DNA of 64,000 nucleotides from Myxococcota bacterium (GCA_052033505.1 JBPOJN010000014.1:5599-69598), one strand, 5' to 3'. Shown: positions 22,732 to 32,397, counted from the stretch's first letter. Numbers and translations: made by a program. The notes: generated from the sequence alone by a model not told the origin.

Positions 22732-23382
22732 ATGGGCAGCATCCGTCCCACTTCTATGTCCGCTGTGTCCCCTCTGTTGATCCCTTCTTCCGCGGTTCCG
22801 AGATCACTCGGTCTTGTGCCGCAATCGGCGTCTCCATCGATTGTGCGTGGATCGGAACGAGAGGACATTTTGTCTTTCTTGAGCGCCTGCACGGGCGTCC
22901 CAGCTGAGTTTAAAGATTCTTTCGTAGCGGCGAGAGACCAAATTCTTCAAAAAATCACCTCTTGGAGAGAAATCGAAACGCAGCGGGCGCTGGGTCTTTC
23001 ACCGCTAAAGCTCTTGGTCGACAAGGCTGTTTCCAATTGGGTGCAAGAGCAAGAAGTGAGCCGGGATTACGGGAGGTATGTGCGTTTCATGACGGGTCTC
23101 GGCAAGAGAATGTACCAGGATCGGGAAACCTTCATGAGAAGCGTCGCCGGCCCCCAAGGCGCCAGGAACACGCGCTCCCGGTTTTTGGACATCGAACGCA
23201 AAAAATTGAGAATCGGTTCCATCGTCTGTGATGCCCGTGGAAAACGGCAGGAGATCGTCGGGTTCAACGAAGACGGCCGTTTGATTTTTAAAGGGGGAAA
23301 AGGCACGTTTCTCCCCCATGATTTCAAGTTGGTCGAAGGCCCCAAACCGCAAAAGTCCGCAAAAAGTCTTAAGTCCCCGTAA
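22732..23382 (+). CDS. Hypothetical orphan protein
   Basis: 216-aa ORF with Ser/Pro-rich N-terminus. Confidence 0.6.
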   Translation: MGSIRPTSMSAVSPLLIPSSAVPRSLGLVPQSASPSIVRGSEREDILSFLSACTGVPAEFKDSFVAARDQILQKITSWREIETQRALGLSPLKLLVDKAVSNWVQEQEVSRDYGRYVRFMTGLGKRMYQDRETFMRSVAGPQGARNTRSRFLDIERKKLRIGSIVCDARGKRQEIVGFNEDGRLIFKGGKGTFLPHDFKLVEGPKPQKSAKSLKSP

Positions 23383-23410
23383 AAATTCGGTTTCCCCTAA
23401 AAAAAAGTTA

Positions 23411-23437
23411 GCAACCTTTACCCCTCCCTCTCGAGTC
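23411..23437 (+). promoter_or_regulatory. Variant sigma28-like promoter motif upstream of the fab-like operon
   Basis: GCAACCTT-N11-CTCGAGTC. Confidence 0.5.
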
Positions 23438-23482
23438 ACGCTTCTAAGTCTTTGAAACGTTTCGATTCGAGGGGATGATTTC

Positions 23483-25168
23483 ATGCAAGTAAAACCGTTT
23501 TTTCCGGTGGTTCATCCGACGGGAGCCCAGCCTGTGCGGCTTTGGGTTTGTCCGGGGCAAGGATCTCAAAGTGTCGGCATGGGTCAGAAGTTGTACGACT
23601 CTTCCCGGACTTACCGCGAGACCTTCGATCGGGGACATGCGGCTCTTGTTTCAGAAGGCGTCGATTTACGGCGCTTGGCTTTCGAAGGACCCGCCGGTGA
23701 TTTGACCCGCACTCTCCACGCGCAACCTGCTTTGCTTGTTTCGAACGTAGCATTGGCGGAACACCTGCGTATCGAAGAAGGTATCGCACCGAGTCCCGGC
23801 GATCTTCTGGCGGGCCACAGTTTAGGTGAGTGGACGGCCTATACGATTTCAGGCGCATTGACGGTGGAGCAGGGAGCTTTGGCGGTTTATTGGCGTGGCC
23901 GGCTCATGGAAGAAGCTTTTCCCTTCGATCCCGCCACGCGTCCGATGACGGCTATTTTAGGATTGTCCGATCAAACTGTGATCTCGGCTTGCGCGGGAAT
24001 CAGCCGCGAAGGCCATATCGTGGTCGCCGCGAATTTCAACGCTCCGGGCCAGGTCGTCATCTCGGGCCATCCCGCCGCGGTCGCCGAAGCCTCGGATCTC
24101 TTGAAGTCCCGCGGCGCGGGCGTCAGCAACGCCTTTCCCGTCGCCGGTCCTTTCCATACGCCCATCCTCAGCGAAGCCCGCGAAAAACTAGCGGCTAAAA
24201 TCGCCGAACTCGGCATCGAATTCAGTATCCCGGAATTCCAAATCATTTCCAATTTTACGGGCCGTGAGATCGAGCCCGTGGGAGACCATCTCGGTTCTCT
24301 GTTGAACCAATTGACCGGATCCGTCCGTTGGACTGCGTCGATGGTTCGCGCTTGGGAGTTGGGAGCGGTGGAAATGGTGTCCTTGGACGTGTCGGGAAAC
24401 GTGCTGCAGGGATTCGCGAAGAAGATTTTTTCCCGTGAGAGACCGGTGCAGATCGTGGATCCGACAATATCGATGCATCAGCATGCCCTGAGGCAAGCAC
24501 CGGGTTCGATCAGTACGACCCGGTTTGCGGAAGATCCCGTACAGAAGAGAAACAACTGCTTGGAATTTTCCTACAATGCGGGCGCTATCGTTAAAATTGT
24601 CAGGAAACTTTTAAAAGAAGGCGACGTCCAAACCGCGTTGCTGGCCCTGAAAAACACTTACAATAGCGCGCGCGAAGCCGCCATGCGTGAGCTGAAATCG
24701 CATGCGGATTCCTTGGAAGTGATTCAAGCGATGAGGGAAGGCGGTTTCGTCGATGAGGCAGGCGATCTCATATGGCCCGATCCGGTCGTGCGGGATCTTG
24801 TGACTCATACGCTTCCTCCAGATAGTTTAACTGCCCTTACCCTCGGGAAAGATTCCATTTTCAGTAAGTTGGAGGCCTTGAGTCTAGCTCCTATCGACCA
24901 AGAAGACCTTATCTATTATGTCGCAAGCCGGTGGAATGGAGACGCGCAACGTCTTGAAAAAATCCTGAGTGCCCTTCGTTACCTTTTGGTCAAGGGCGAT
25001 CCTAAGAAGCACAAAAAATCCTTACTCCCGTTGATACAGTACAAAGACCAAAACGGCGAATCCCAGAAAGGCATTGATAGCTGGGAGGCCGTCATTCTGT
25101 ACGTGGATGGGGAAAAAGACGTCCAATTCCCCCATCCTGGAGCCATGAAGCAGGGAGATATTTTATGA
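23483..25168 (+). CDS. fabD: Malonyl-CoA:ACP transacylase (FabD-like) with about 240-aa C-terminal extension
   Basis: PGQGSQ, AQPALL, GHSLGE, WRG, NFNAPGQVVISG, GPFHT, QLTGSVRW. Confidence 0.85.
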   Translation: MQVKPFFPVVHPTGAQPVRLWVCPGQGSQSVGMGQKLYDSSRTYRETFDRGHAALVSEGVDLRRLAFEGPAGDLTRTLHAQPALLVSNVALAEHLRIEEGIAPSPGDLLAGHSLGEWTAYTISGALTVEQGALAVYWRGRLMEEAFPFDPATRPMTAILGLSDQTVISACAGISREGHIVVAANFNAPGQVVISGHPAAVAEASDLLKSRGAGVSNAFPVAGPFHTPILSEAREKLAAKIAELGIEFSIPEFQIISNFTGREIEPVGDHLGSLLNQLTGSVRWTASMVRAWELGAVEMVSLDVSGNVLQGFAKKIFSRERPVQIVDPTISMHQHALRQAPGSISTTRFAEDPVQKRNNCLEFSYNAGAIVKIVRKLLKEGDVQTALLALKNTYNSAREAAMRELKSHADSLEVIQAMREGGFVDEAGDLIWPDPVVRDLVTHTLPPDSLTALTLGKDSIFSKLEALSLAPIDQEDLIYYVASRWNGDAQRLEKILSALRYLLVKGDPKKHKKSLLPLIQYKDQNGESQKGIDSWEAVILYVDGEKDVQFPHPGAMKQGDIL

Positions 25169-26844
25169 TCATGCAAGCCGGTTCGAAGTCTCCGACTCCA
25201 GGGCGCATCGCGATTGTGGGTTATGGATCTTGTAATTCCCTGGGAACCGCGGAAACGTCTTACTTAACGCGGACCGGTCGGTTCCAGGAAGCGTTGCCCG
25301 AATATGCCAGGCTCACGGGTATTACCGACAGGGATGTCATCGATCGCCGCATCGGCATTCGGGTTCCTCGCCTGGGGGATTTAGAGCAGCCGATCGATAT
25401 TCAGCGTTTTCAAGGACATCGACTGGAACGCCTTAAAGAAGATGGAACGATCAATGGCCGTACTTTACGAAAAGGCGCTGAACCTCTACTCGAACACACT
25501 TGGAAATTGCCCGTAGTCCATGCGGGTGCTTTGCCTTCCGGATGGGATTTGCTGAAAGAGGCCGGTTTTTCGGGGAAACCTTATGATCAGTTCAGTAGGG
25601 CGCATTTGATTTTGATGCGGTCTCTCGCGGAAGCCATGATCTCCATGGGCGTTCCTTGGTCCGAGATCGAGCGAAAAGTGCCCGAAAAGCAAAGAGCCGT
25701 CGCGGCTGCGTTCGGCATGGGGCCTGGAGAAGACTTATATGAAGGCATGGCTTTTCCCGCTCTCAAACGATCGGTCAGAAAAGATATAGTCGCCCGTTTT
25801 TTGCCCGATAATCCCGCTTATTGGCTCCAAAAAATATTAAAAGCCCGCCATGCCTCTTCGCGGGTCGCGGCCTGTAATACGGGTATCGCCAATCTTGAAT
25901 TCGCGTTTCTGGCCATGAAAGCGGGAATGGCCCGCTTCTACGCGGTCGCCTCCGCGGATTCCCTGCTTAATGAGATAGCGATCGTGGATTTCAACGCGCA
26001 AAAAGCTTTAGCCACGGATTTGTCCGTATCCAATCTCATGGATCATCCCAGCTTGGTTTCTCGACCCGGTACCACGGATCGTTCGGGTTTCGTCTTGGCC
26101 GAAGGCGGGGGCGTTCTTCTCTTGATGGAGGAAACTTTGGCTTTCGAGACCGGGGCCATTATTTACGCCTATCTGGACGGCGTTGCCACGGCTACCGGCC
26201 AGTCCAAGTCTCAAGATCCGGCAGCGCCTACCGACGGCGGCATTCTTTCTATGACGAACGGCCTTGAAATGGCCGCGGCTTCCTGCGGGATGACTGAAGA
26301 AGAATACGTCCAATTTTTGACCGTGATCAATGCCCACGGCACTTCCACACCCGCGGGAGATGAGAACGGAATGGCGGGTTACGATAGAGTTTTAAGGGAA
26401 AAAAGACGTGATCCCAGATCTCCCGTGTTTGTCGTTTACGGTAAGGGAGGCCCTCGTTTGGATGGTATTCCTAGCGCGAGACGGGTGGGTAACGGAGGCA
26501 CGGGACATTCATTGGGAGGAGCGTCCTTGGTCGCAGCGGTCGAGACGATCCAAATGCACCGTTACGGAATCATTCCTCCTTCCGTTGGAAGTTTAGATAG
26601 CGTCGATCCTAGAATCTTGGAATCCGCTCATCTTTTGTATCCAACTCAACCATTGAGTGAGAACGTCGTGAAGGCTCAAACTAGCGCCCAAGGATTCGGT
26701 GACAGCAACGGAGATATGTTCACCAGCCAAAATCCGGATCATGGAACCCAAAATCCCGAAGCGGTCGCCAGACGTGACCGATGGACGGAAGAAGTGAAGT
26801 CAGGGCAAAAGAAGCCGGCGGAGTTCGTGCCGGTGATTGAGTAA
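25165..26844 (+). CDS. Beta-ketoacyl synthase, FabY-like (KAS I/II fold)
   Basis: Cys-His-His: AACNTG, NAHGTST, GHSLGG; GFVLAEG; QGFG; LPVVHAGALPSGW and MGVPWSEI segments recall FabY. Confidence 0.8.
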   Translation: MIMQAGSKSPTPGRIAIVGYGSCNSLGTAETSYLTRTGRFQEALPEYARLTGITDRDVIDRRIGIRVPRLGDLEQPIDIQRFQGHRLERLKEDGTINGRTLRKGAEPLLEHTWKLPVVHAGALPSGWDLLKEAGFSGKPYDQFSRAHLILMRSLAEAMISMGVPWSEIERKVPEKQRAVAAAFGMGPGEDLYEGMAFPALKRSVRKDIVARFLPDNPAYWLQKILKARHASSRVAACNTGIANLEFAFLAMKAGMARFYAVASADSLLNEIAIVDFNAQKALATDLSVSNLMDHPSLVSRPGTTDRSGFVLAEGGGVLLLMEETLAFETGAIIYAYLDGVATATGQSKSQDPAAPTDGGILSMTNGLEMAAASCGMTEEEYVQFLTVINAHGTSTPAGDENGMAGYDRVLREKRRDPRSPVFVVYGKGGPRLDGIPSARRVGNGGTGHSLGGASLVAAVETIQMHRYGIIPPSVGSLDSVDPRILESAHLLYPTQPLSENVVKAQTSAQGFGDSNGDMFTSQNPDHGTQNPEAVARRDRWTEEVKSGQKKPAEFVPVIE

Positions 26845-26872
26845 GAAAATAATTTTCATCGAAAGGTCGATT

Positions 26873-28753
26873 ATGAAATTAGCGAATATCCCCGCGAGTC
26901 AAGTTTTGGTGACGGTTGGAAGCGGTTGCATGATCTCGGCCGCCGGCACCACGGAGTCCCATCGCGCCGCCAGTATCGGACATCCTGCGATGATCGGTTT
27001 CGCGGCTTTCGACGCGCGTTTGGTCGACATCGATCCTGCGAGCAAAGTGGAAGCGCCTATTTTTTTACGAAGAGGTGGAGACGACGCGGGCCAGCCGATT
27101 TCGCTCGATGAAATCAATGCGCGGTGGGGAACGCGCCTCCGTGAGGACATGGGCAGTCGTTTCCTGTCCAAAAATTTCGTGGCCGCCCACGTGCCCACGG
27201 ACATAGGCGCTCCGCTCGCGCACCGCTTGGAGCGCGGTTCGGAAGAGGGTGGTTTAAGGGAAAGAGCCGGACTGACGTTCAAGGATCTCCGCGCCTCGCC
27301 TCTGTCCGATATGGGATTGTTATTCGAAGACGATCCGCGTTTGGGCCCAAGCCTCCAGGCCCAGATGTTTTTGTACGCGGGCCTCGGCGCCCTGTCCGCA
27401 CTGCCGCTGCCTCTTTCGCGGATTTTACCGGATGCTTACCGCTTCCGCGTCTCGGCCTCCACGTGTTTTCCGGGCAATGATTCTTGGGAAAGTTTATCGC
27501 AGAGCCTGCAAACCGGATCCGTGCGCGACAAGGCGGCCTATCGTTTGGCGTCGGCTTTGAATACGCATGGACCGGCGCTTTTGAATACTATGCTGTCCCC
27601 GTCTTTTCCGCTGTCCTCGACCAAAAGGGCCATGGAGCGGGATCCCGAATATTTGACAAAAATTTTGGTGAATGACTCGTCTCAGTCGCTTTTAAGGAAC
27701 GTCCCTCAAGCTCCATTGGTCTCCAGCGCCGCGTGTTCCAGCGCCCTCGTTAATTTCTGCGATATCGCCCCGCATCTACAACTAGCTGCGACGGGCAGAC
27801 GTGGATCGCCTCAAGTGGTGTTGTGGACTTCGGCCGACGCTTCTTTAGGGCCCGACGCTAGAATTTTAGAAGGATTCGGTCCCGCCGCCATGATGACGGG
27901 TCAGAAATTGAAAGCGGACCGTAGCATTTCGCAAGCGCTCGCGCCTTTCGACGTCGATGCGAGCGGCACGATCGTCGGTCACGCGGGGTACGGCATTTTG
28001 ATCACGACCCTCGAATTCGCACTGAGGAATTTTTTGGACATCACTTCCATCATCGTCGGCTGGGGACAAAGCGGAGAGACCGGAGGCAAAGGTCATTTCG
28101 CGGGCGTGGGTTACGGCGGCGAAAATGCGATCATCCTTTCGCTCATGATGGCTTTTGAGGAGCATGGCTACGGCGTCAACGATTTCGATCATCTCATCGC
28201 TCATGCCACGGGCACGAAGACGAATTCCAAAACCGATCTTGGCACTGTCCATGACGCACGGAGAGCCGTCGCACAAATGCAGGGCTACACGGAGGCGTTA
28301 CGGCGCATGACCGTCGGGGCTCCCAAAGCGGCGAATCCAGGCCCCGTCCATCCCATGGGCCCTGCGGGCCACTTGGCGACCGATCAAGGAAACCAATATT
28401 TGATGGGCCGCCCCACGGTCGGGATCCCGAACTTGCGTCAAATCGACCCGGAATTGGCCGCAGAAGCGCAGCATTTCGAGCTATCGAGCGCTGCAATAGC
28501 GGGTAAGGAAGACGGTGGAGAGATTTCTCCCGTACAAGGCTTCGGTGGTTACGTGGCGGCCATGGCGCGTCGCTCCGCCCATGCTGACGCTTTCCGGCGT
28601 TATCCTATCAGCGACTCGAAATTGATCGATGCTTATTTGGAACGCCAAACCGACATTCGCCAGGCGCGTGAACGATCGGAAGCCGATTATGATCGGACCA
28701 TGGGATCCACTTTAGCCCAAGCCGTGCAACATCGCTGGTCCGGTGCGAAATAA
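26873..28753 (+). CDS. Second divergent beta-ketoacyl synthase (FabY-like)
   Basis: SAACSSA, APFD, IAHATGT, VHPMGPAG, QGFGG; FabY-like C-terminal helix AYLERQTDIRQAR. Confidence 0.75.
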   Translation: MKLANIPASQVLVTVGSGCMISAAGTTESHRAASIGHPAMIGFAAFDARLVDIDPASKVEAPIFLRRGGDDAGQPISLDEINARWGTRLREDMGSRFLSKNFVAAHVPTDIGAPLAHRLERGSEEGGLRERAGLTFKDLRASPLSDMGLLFEDDPRLGPSLQAQMFLYAGLGALSALPLPLSRILPDAYRFRVSASTCFPGNDSWESLSQSLQTGSVRDKAAYRLASALNTHGPALLNTMLSPSFPLSSTKRAMERDPEYLTKILVNDSSQSLLRNVPQAPLVSSAACSSALVNFCDIAPHLQLAATGRRGSPQVVLWTSADASLGPDARILEGFGPAAMMTGQKLKADRSISQALAPFDVDASGTIVGHAGYGILITTLEFALRNFLDITSIIVGWGQSGETGGKGHFAGVGYGGENAIILSLMMAFEEHGYGVNDFDHLIAHATGTKTNSKTDLGTVHDARRAVAQMQGYTEALRRMTVGAPKAANPGPVHPMGPAGHLATDQGNQYLMGRPTVGIPNLRQIDPELAAEAQHFELSSAAIAGKEDGGEISPVQGFGGYVAAMARRSAHADAFRRYPISDSKLIDAYLERQTDIRQARERSEADYDRTMGSTLAQAVQHRWSGAK

Positions 28754-28772
28754 AATTTAAGGAAACTTCATT

Positions 28773-30917
28773 ATGCCCATCACCCTCGAAAAACCCGTTG
28801 GAAAAGGTGCCCTGATTTTTGGAGCGCATCCTTTAGGCATGAAAGCGGTCGCGGATCGTTCGATTTGGAGCGCGCAACGAGAACTGCCGCATCCCATCGC
28901 GGGAGCCCAGGGCAAGACGGCCTTGATCATCGGCAGTACATCGCCGGGTTATGGAAGCGCCACGGCGCTTGCGTTGCGCGCGGCGGGTTTCGGGAAGATC
29001 ATCGGGATCGGTTATGAACGTCCACCGACCCTTGATAAGAACTTCCGTGCATCGCCGGGCTGGTATCTCACGCGACACCTGCATGAAGCCGGCATCATCG
29101 ATCGTACGTATTTCGCCGATGCCTTCGCCGACGACACGCGCCGACGCGTGATGCGGGATATGGTCGCGAACGACGAGCGCATTGACCTCATGGTTTACAG
29201 CCTGGCCGCGGGCACGCGTTCGTATGGCACACAGAAATGGAATTCTTCGCTGAAAGTCATCGGGGAATCTTTGGACGTGACGGCGCTCGATTACAATATG
29301 TTGGACTACAAAGGCGTCAAATTGAAACCGGCGCGCATCGAAGCCGCGACGGAGGAGCAGATTGCCCACACTGTGAAAGTCATGGGGGGAGAGGATTTAA
29401 GTTTTTGGGTGGGCGCTTTGTTCATGAGCGGCCGCCTCAATCCTGGCGCGTTCATAACGTCGCGCAGTTATATCGGTCCTGAGGGGTTACTCGATTTAAG
29501 GCGCATTTATCGGGACGGTAGCATCGGTGCGTCCAAGAAAGATAATGAACGCGTGACGCGTGAATGGGACGCACGCCTTCGCGACATCGACGTCCGCGCG
29601 TTGGCGGAAGTCGACCCGGCCGTCGTGACGATAGCCTCCGCCCAGATTCCCGCGATCGCGAAATACCTCGCGGCCTACCTCGGCGTCGCCGATGGCGGAG
29701 CGAAGATTTATCGCGATCCCATCGGAGTTTCCGTGGATCTCGTGCGCGCTTTGTATGGTCAGGGCGAGCCCTGGAAGAATCTTTTGGATGACGAAGGCCG
29801 GCTGCGTCTCGATGGTCACGAAATGCAGGAAGCCCTACAAGCCTCCATCTTGGAGCAGTGGAATGCCAACAACCAACCTGGTGAGCCTACGGAAACTTTG
29901 AAAGAAGGGTTGGATCGTTACCGCGAGAACTATTTAGGACTTTTCGGTTTCGGTTTGCCGGAAGTGGACTACTCGAAACCTTTTGAGCTGGATACGACGC
30001 TCGCCGGCGGTATCGTGGATTTGCTTTCAGAACCCATGCCGACTCCGATCGTGATTCCCGCGGCGCGCGAACCCCAACCGGAAATTACGTCCGCGCCCGA
30101 AGTAAAAGTCACCGCCGTTGGGGCCTTCTTCGATGCCTTACTGTCTCGAGACAACGAACCCGGGGTTATGGCCCAATCGGAAGGCGATAAAAAAGTTTTC
30201 GTCTCACAATATTCTCTGAATCCCAGTACGATTCGCCGTTATGTGGCGGCAACGCAGCAGCCGCAGGATGGAAACGTGCCGTCGGCCTTTACGTTCGTCA
30301 TGGCGTTCCCGAATATTTTGGACGCAATCAAAGACGTTTTGAGAACGGCCGCCATTAAGTCCGTCGTGCATGCGGCGGAAGAAGTGACGATGTTGGCGCC
30401 GATTCCGGCCGACGGGTCGGTGACGGTGCGTGCGTGGCTCGCCAAAAAAGTCGGAAAAGGCCCCGTAGTTACGATCGTACAGCGTGAGCTCGTGGGATCG
30501 GACGGAACGCTGTTGGCGACGGGAAAGACCACTTTGGCGGTCGGCGGCGATCTTTCCGCCCTTCCGGCCGTACTGGCGAAACCCGAAGATTCTGCGGGGG
30601 AACTCCTTAGTCGCATTCACGTCGACCAAAGCTTGATCGATATTTACAGCAAGGCGAGCGAGGATACCAATCCCATCCATATTTCGGAAGAAGCGGCGAA
30701 AGCCTTGGGTCTTTCTTCGACGATCGCCCATGGCATGCTGACTTTGGGACTCGCGAACCGCGATAATCCTTCTAACTATACCGCCAAATGGAAGACCCCG
30801 GTTCAAGCCGGAGACACAGTGGAATTCCGACGCATGGACGACAATAAAATCGTCGGCGTCATCGCGCGCGGTGGACAAATGTTCCTCGCGATCGAATTGA
30901 CCAAAAAATCTTCTTAG
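28773..30917 (+). CDS. FabV/TER enoyl reductase fused to MaoC-type hot-dog (R)-hydratase/dehydratase
   Basis: AHPLG, ALIIGSTSPGYG, DAFAD, VYSLA, TVKVMGGED, SYIGP, Y-x8-K (YRDGSIGASK); C-terminal VVHAAE and SEDTNPIH...IAHGM. Confidence 0.85.
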   Translation: MPITLEKPVGKGALIFGAHPLGMKAVADRSIWSAQRELPHPIAGAQGKTALIIGSTSPGYGSATALALRAAGFGKIIGIGYERPPTLDKNFRASPGWYLTRHLHEAGIIDRTYFADAFADDTRRRVMRDMVANDERIDLMVYSLAAGTRSYGTQKWNSSLKVIGESLDVTALDYNMLDYKGVKLKPARIEAATEEQIAHTVKVMGGEDLSFWVGALFMSGRLNPGAFITSRSYIGPEGLLDLRRIYRDGSIGASKKDNERVTREWDARLRDIDVRALAEVDPAVVTIASAQIPAIAKYLAAYLGVADGGAKIYRDPIGVSVDLVRALYGQGEPWKNLLDDEGRLRLDGHEMQEALQASILEQWNANNQPGEPTETLKEGLDRYRENYLGLFGFGLPEVDYSKPFELDTTLAGGIVDLLSEPMPTPIVIPAAREPQPEITSAPEVKVTAVGAFFDALLSRDNEPGVMAQSEGDKKVFVSQYSLNPSTIRRYVAATQQPQDGNVPSAFTFVMAFPNILDAIKDVLRTAAIKSVVHAAEEVTMLAPIPADGSVTVRAWLAKKVGKGPVVTIVQRELVGSDGTLLATGKTTLAVGGDLSALPAVLAKPEDSAGELLSRIHVDQSLIDIYSKASEDTNPIHISEEAAKALGLSSTIAHGMLTLGLANRDNPSNYTAKWKTPVQAGDTVEFRRMDDNKIVGVIARGGQMFLAIELTKKSS

Positions 30918-30924
30918 TTTTTGC

Positions 30925-30951
30925 GCAACTCTTTCTCCATTCAAGCGACAC
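30925..30951 (+). promoter_or_regulatory. Variant sigma28-like promoter motif
   Basis: GCAACTCT-N11-AGCGACAC, 15 nt before the ATG at 30967. Confidence 0.5.
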
Positions 30952-30966
30952 ATTGCGACACTTTTT

Positions 30967-32397
30967 ATGGCGATTGATCTTCCTCGGGTGCGGCTTAGCG
31001 ATTTAGTTCATGCGGCGAGTCAGTATGTTGTTCCCGCCGTGTCCCGGCGCGCGGTTTCCTTGCGTCACAACCTGGTTTCCGGTGCGGATAGCCTGGCGCA
31101 ATCCATTGACCGCCGTTTTCGGGATCGCTTGGAGGGGCGGGCGCGGACTTTCGCAGAAAGAGCGCTTGGATTCGATTTCCGCGATTCCGTTCCGTTCGTT
31201 CCGCGTACGGTCGAAAAACTCTTGGGCTCCGAACATACGGCCTACAACGTCTTAGGGCTCGCGCAAACGATGGTCGATATCGCGGCGTCGCTCATGCACT
31301 ATGCTTCGATCGTGGGCGTGCGGGAATTCATGCAAGCCTACAAGACGGTCGGCAGTTCCCTCGACCGTTTATCCGTCCATCCGGAATTCGCGCCATACGC
31401 GCAGTTGCATTACCAGCATTGGATCGAGGATTACGCGAAGATCCACGGTCTTTCCGTACGCTTCGAAAACACAGAGCTCGTCCCTCAGGAAGGACCCGCG
31501 GTTTATGCGGTTTTTTGCCATTCCAGTATCTTTCCCGATTTCTTCCTGCCCTATCTCGACCCGCGCGGAGCCTTCGTGGCGGACGCGTACAATTTCCGCG
31601 ACAATCCCGTCAGCCGCCGTTTCGGGTTCAGTTTGATGGGCGACTTGTTCGGGCAGCCCTTGGTCGACCGCAAGGATCCGGCGCGAAACGAGAAATTGTT
31701 CGATCACATCATCGACGTCTCCGCACGTCACGGCATACGGCCGATTTGGTTCCCCAACGGCACGCGCGTCCCGCGTGCGTGGAAAGACGATGGGACGCTG
31801 GACCGCGCCGGTTTTTACTCCAGCGCGCCGAACGCGAAAAATGCGAAACATTACCTGCAAGCCGGGGGCGTGGCGGTAAACGCCGTGCGTTTGGCTAAAA
31901 AAGTGGGACGGACGGTAAAGGTGGTCGTGGTCACCATTCAAGGTCCGGAATACGTCATGCCGAAGAGCGCCGGGAAGCCGCCTTTCATTCAGCCCACGCG
32001 TCTTCGCGGGGACATCGTGCACCGTTTCGTCCAGGTCATCGAAGTCTCCCCGGACAGCAAAGAGAGACAGGTCATTACGGATTTGGGCCGCAATCTGCAT
32101 CTGCAGGCCAAGGCGGATCTAGGAATCGATGAGTACCTCGTCGAATGCGTCGGTCGCTGGAGCGGCAGCGAGCAAAAAGCAAAAGCCTTCGCTGAAAAAG
32201 CCAAGAATGGAAAAGGCGAGATTTGGTTCATCCTCGCCGACCGTATTCGCGCCATCCATCCATCACTCCCGGAGCGGGCGCAGTTCATCCAGCGACTTCT
32301 GGAAGCGGTCGATATTTTGAACCCCAACGGAGCCTTGGATACGCTTCTCGAAGAAGTCACCGCCTTCATGATGAAACACCAATTCGACGCGCATTGA
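30967..32397 (+). CDS. Lysophospholipid acyltransferase (PlsC/LPLAT)-like protein with extensions
   Basis: CHSSIFPD (H-x5-D), LVDRK, WFPNGTR (cf. FPEGTR). Confidence 0.65.
   Translation: MAIDLPRVRLSDLVHAASQYVVPAVSRRAVSLRHNLVSGADSLAQSIDRRFRDRLEGRARTFAERALGFDFRDSVPFVPRTVEKLLGSEHTAYNVLGLAQTMVDIAASLMHYASIVGVREFMQAYKTVGSSLDRLSVHPEFAPYAQLHYQHWIEDYAKIHGLSVRFENTELVPQEGPAVYAVFCHSSIFPDFFLPYLDPRGAFVADAYNFRDNPVSRRFGFSLMGDLFGQPLVDRKDPARNEKLFDHIIDVSARHGIRPIWFPNGTRVPRAWKDDGTLDRAGFYSSAPNAKNAKHYLQAGGVAVNAVRLAKKVGRTVKVVVVTIQGPEYVMPKSAGKPPFIQPTRLRGDIVHRFVQVIEVSPDSKERQVITDLGRNLHLQAKADLGIDEYLVECVGRWSGSEQKAKAFAEKAKNGKGEIWFILADRIRAIHPSLPERAQFIQRLLEAVDILNPNGALDTLLEEVTAFMMKHQFDAH

Noticed and set aside
24690-24935. 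Embedded ACP domain in the FabD tail as a firm call
   Set aside because: DS(L/I) motifs are present but the helix spacing is too short for ACP; kept only as a weak hypothesis.
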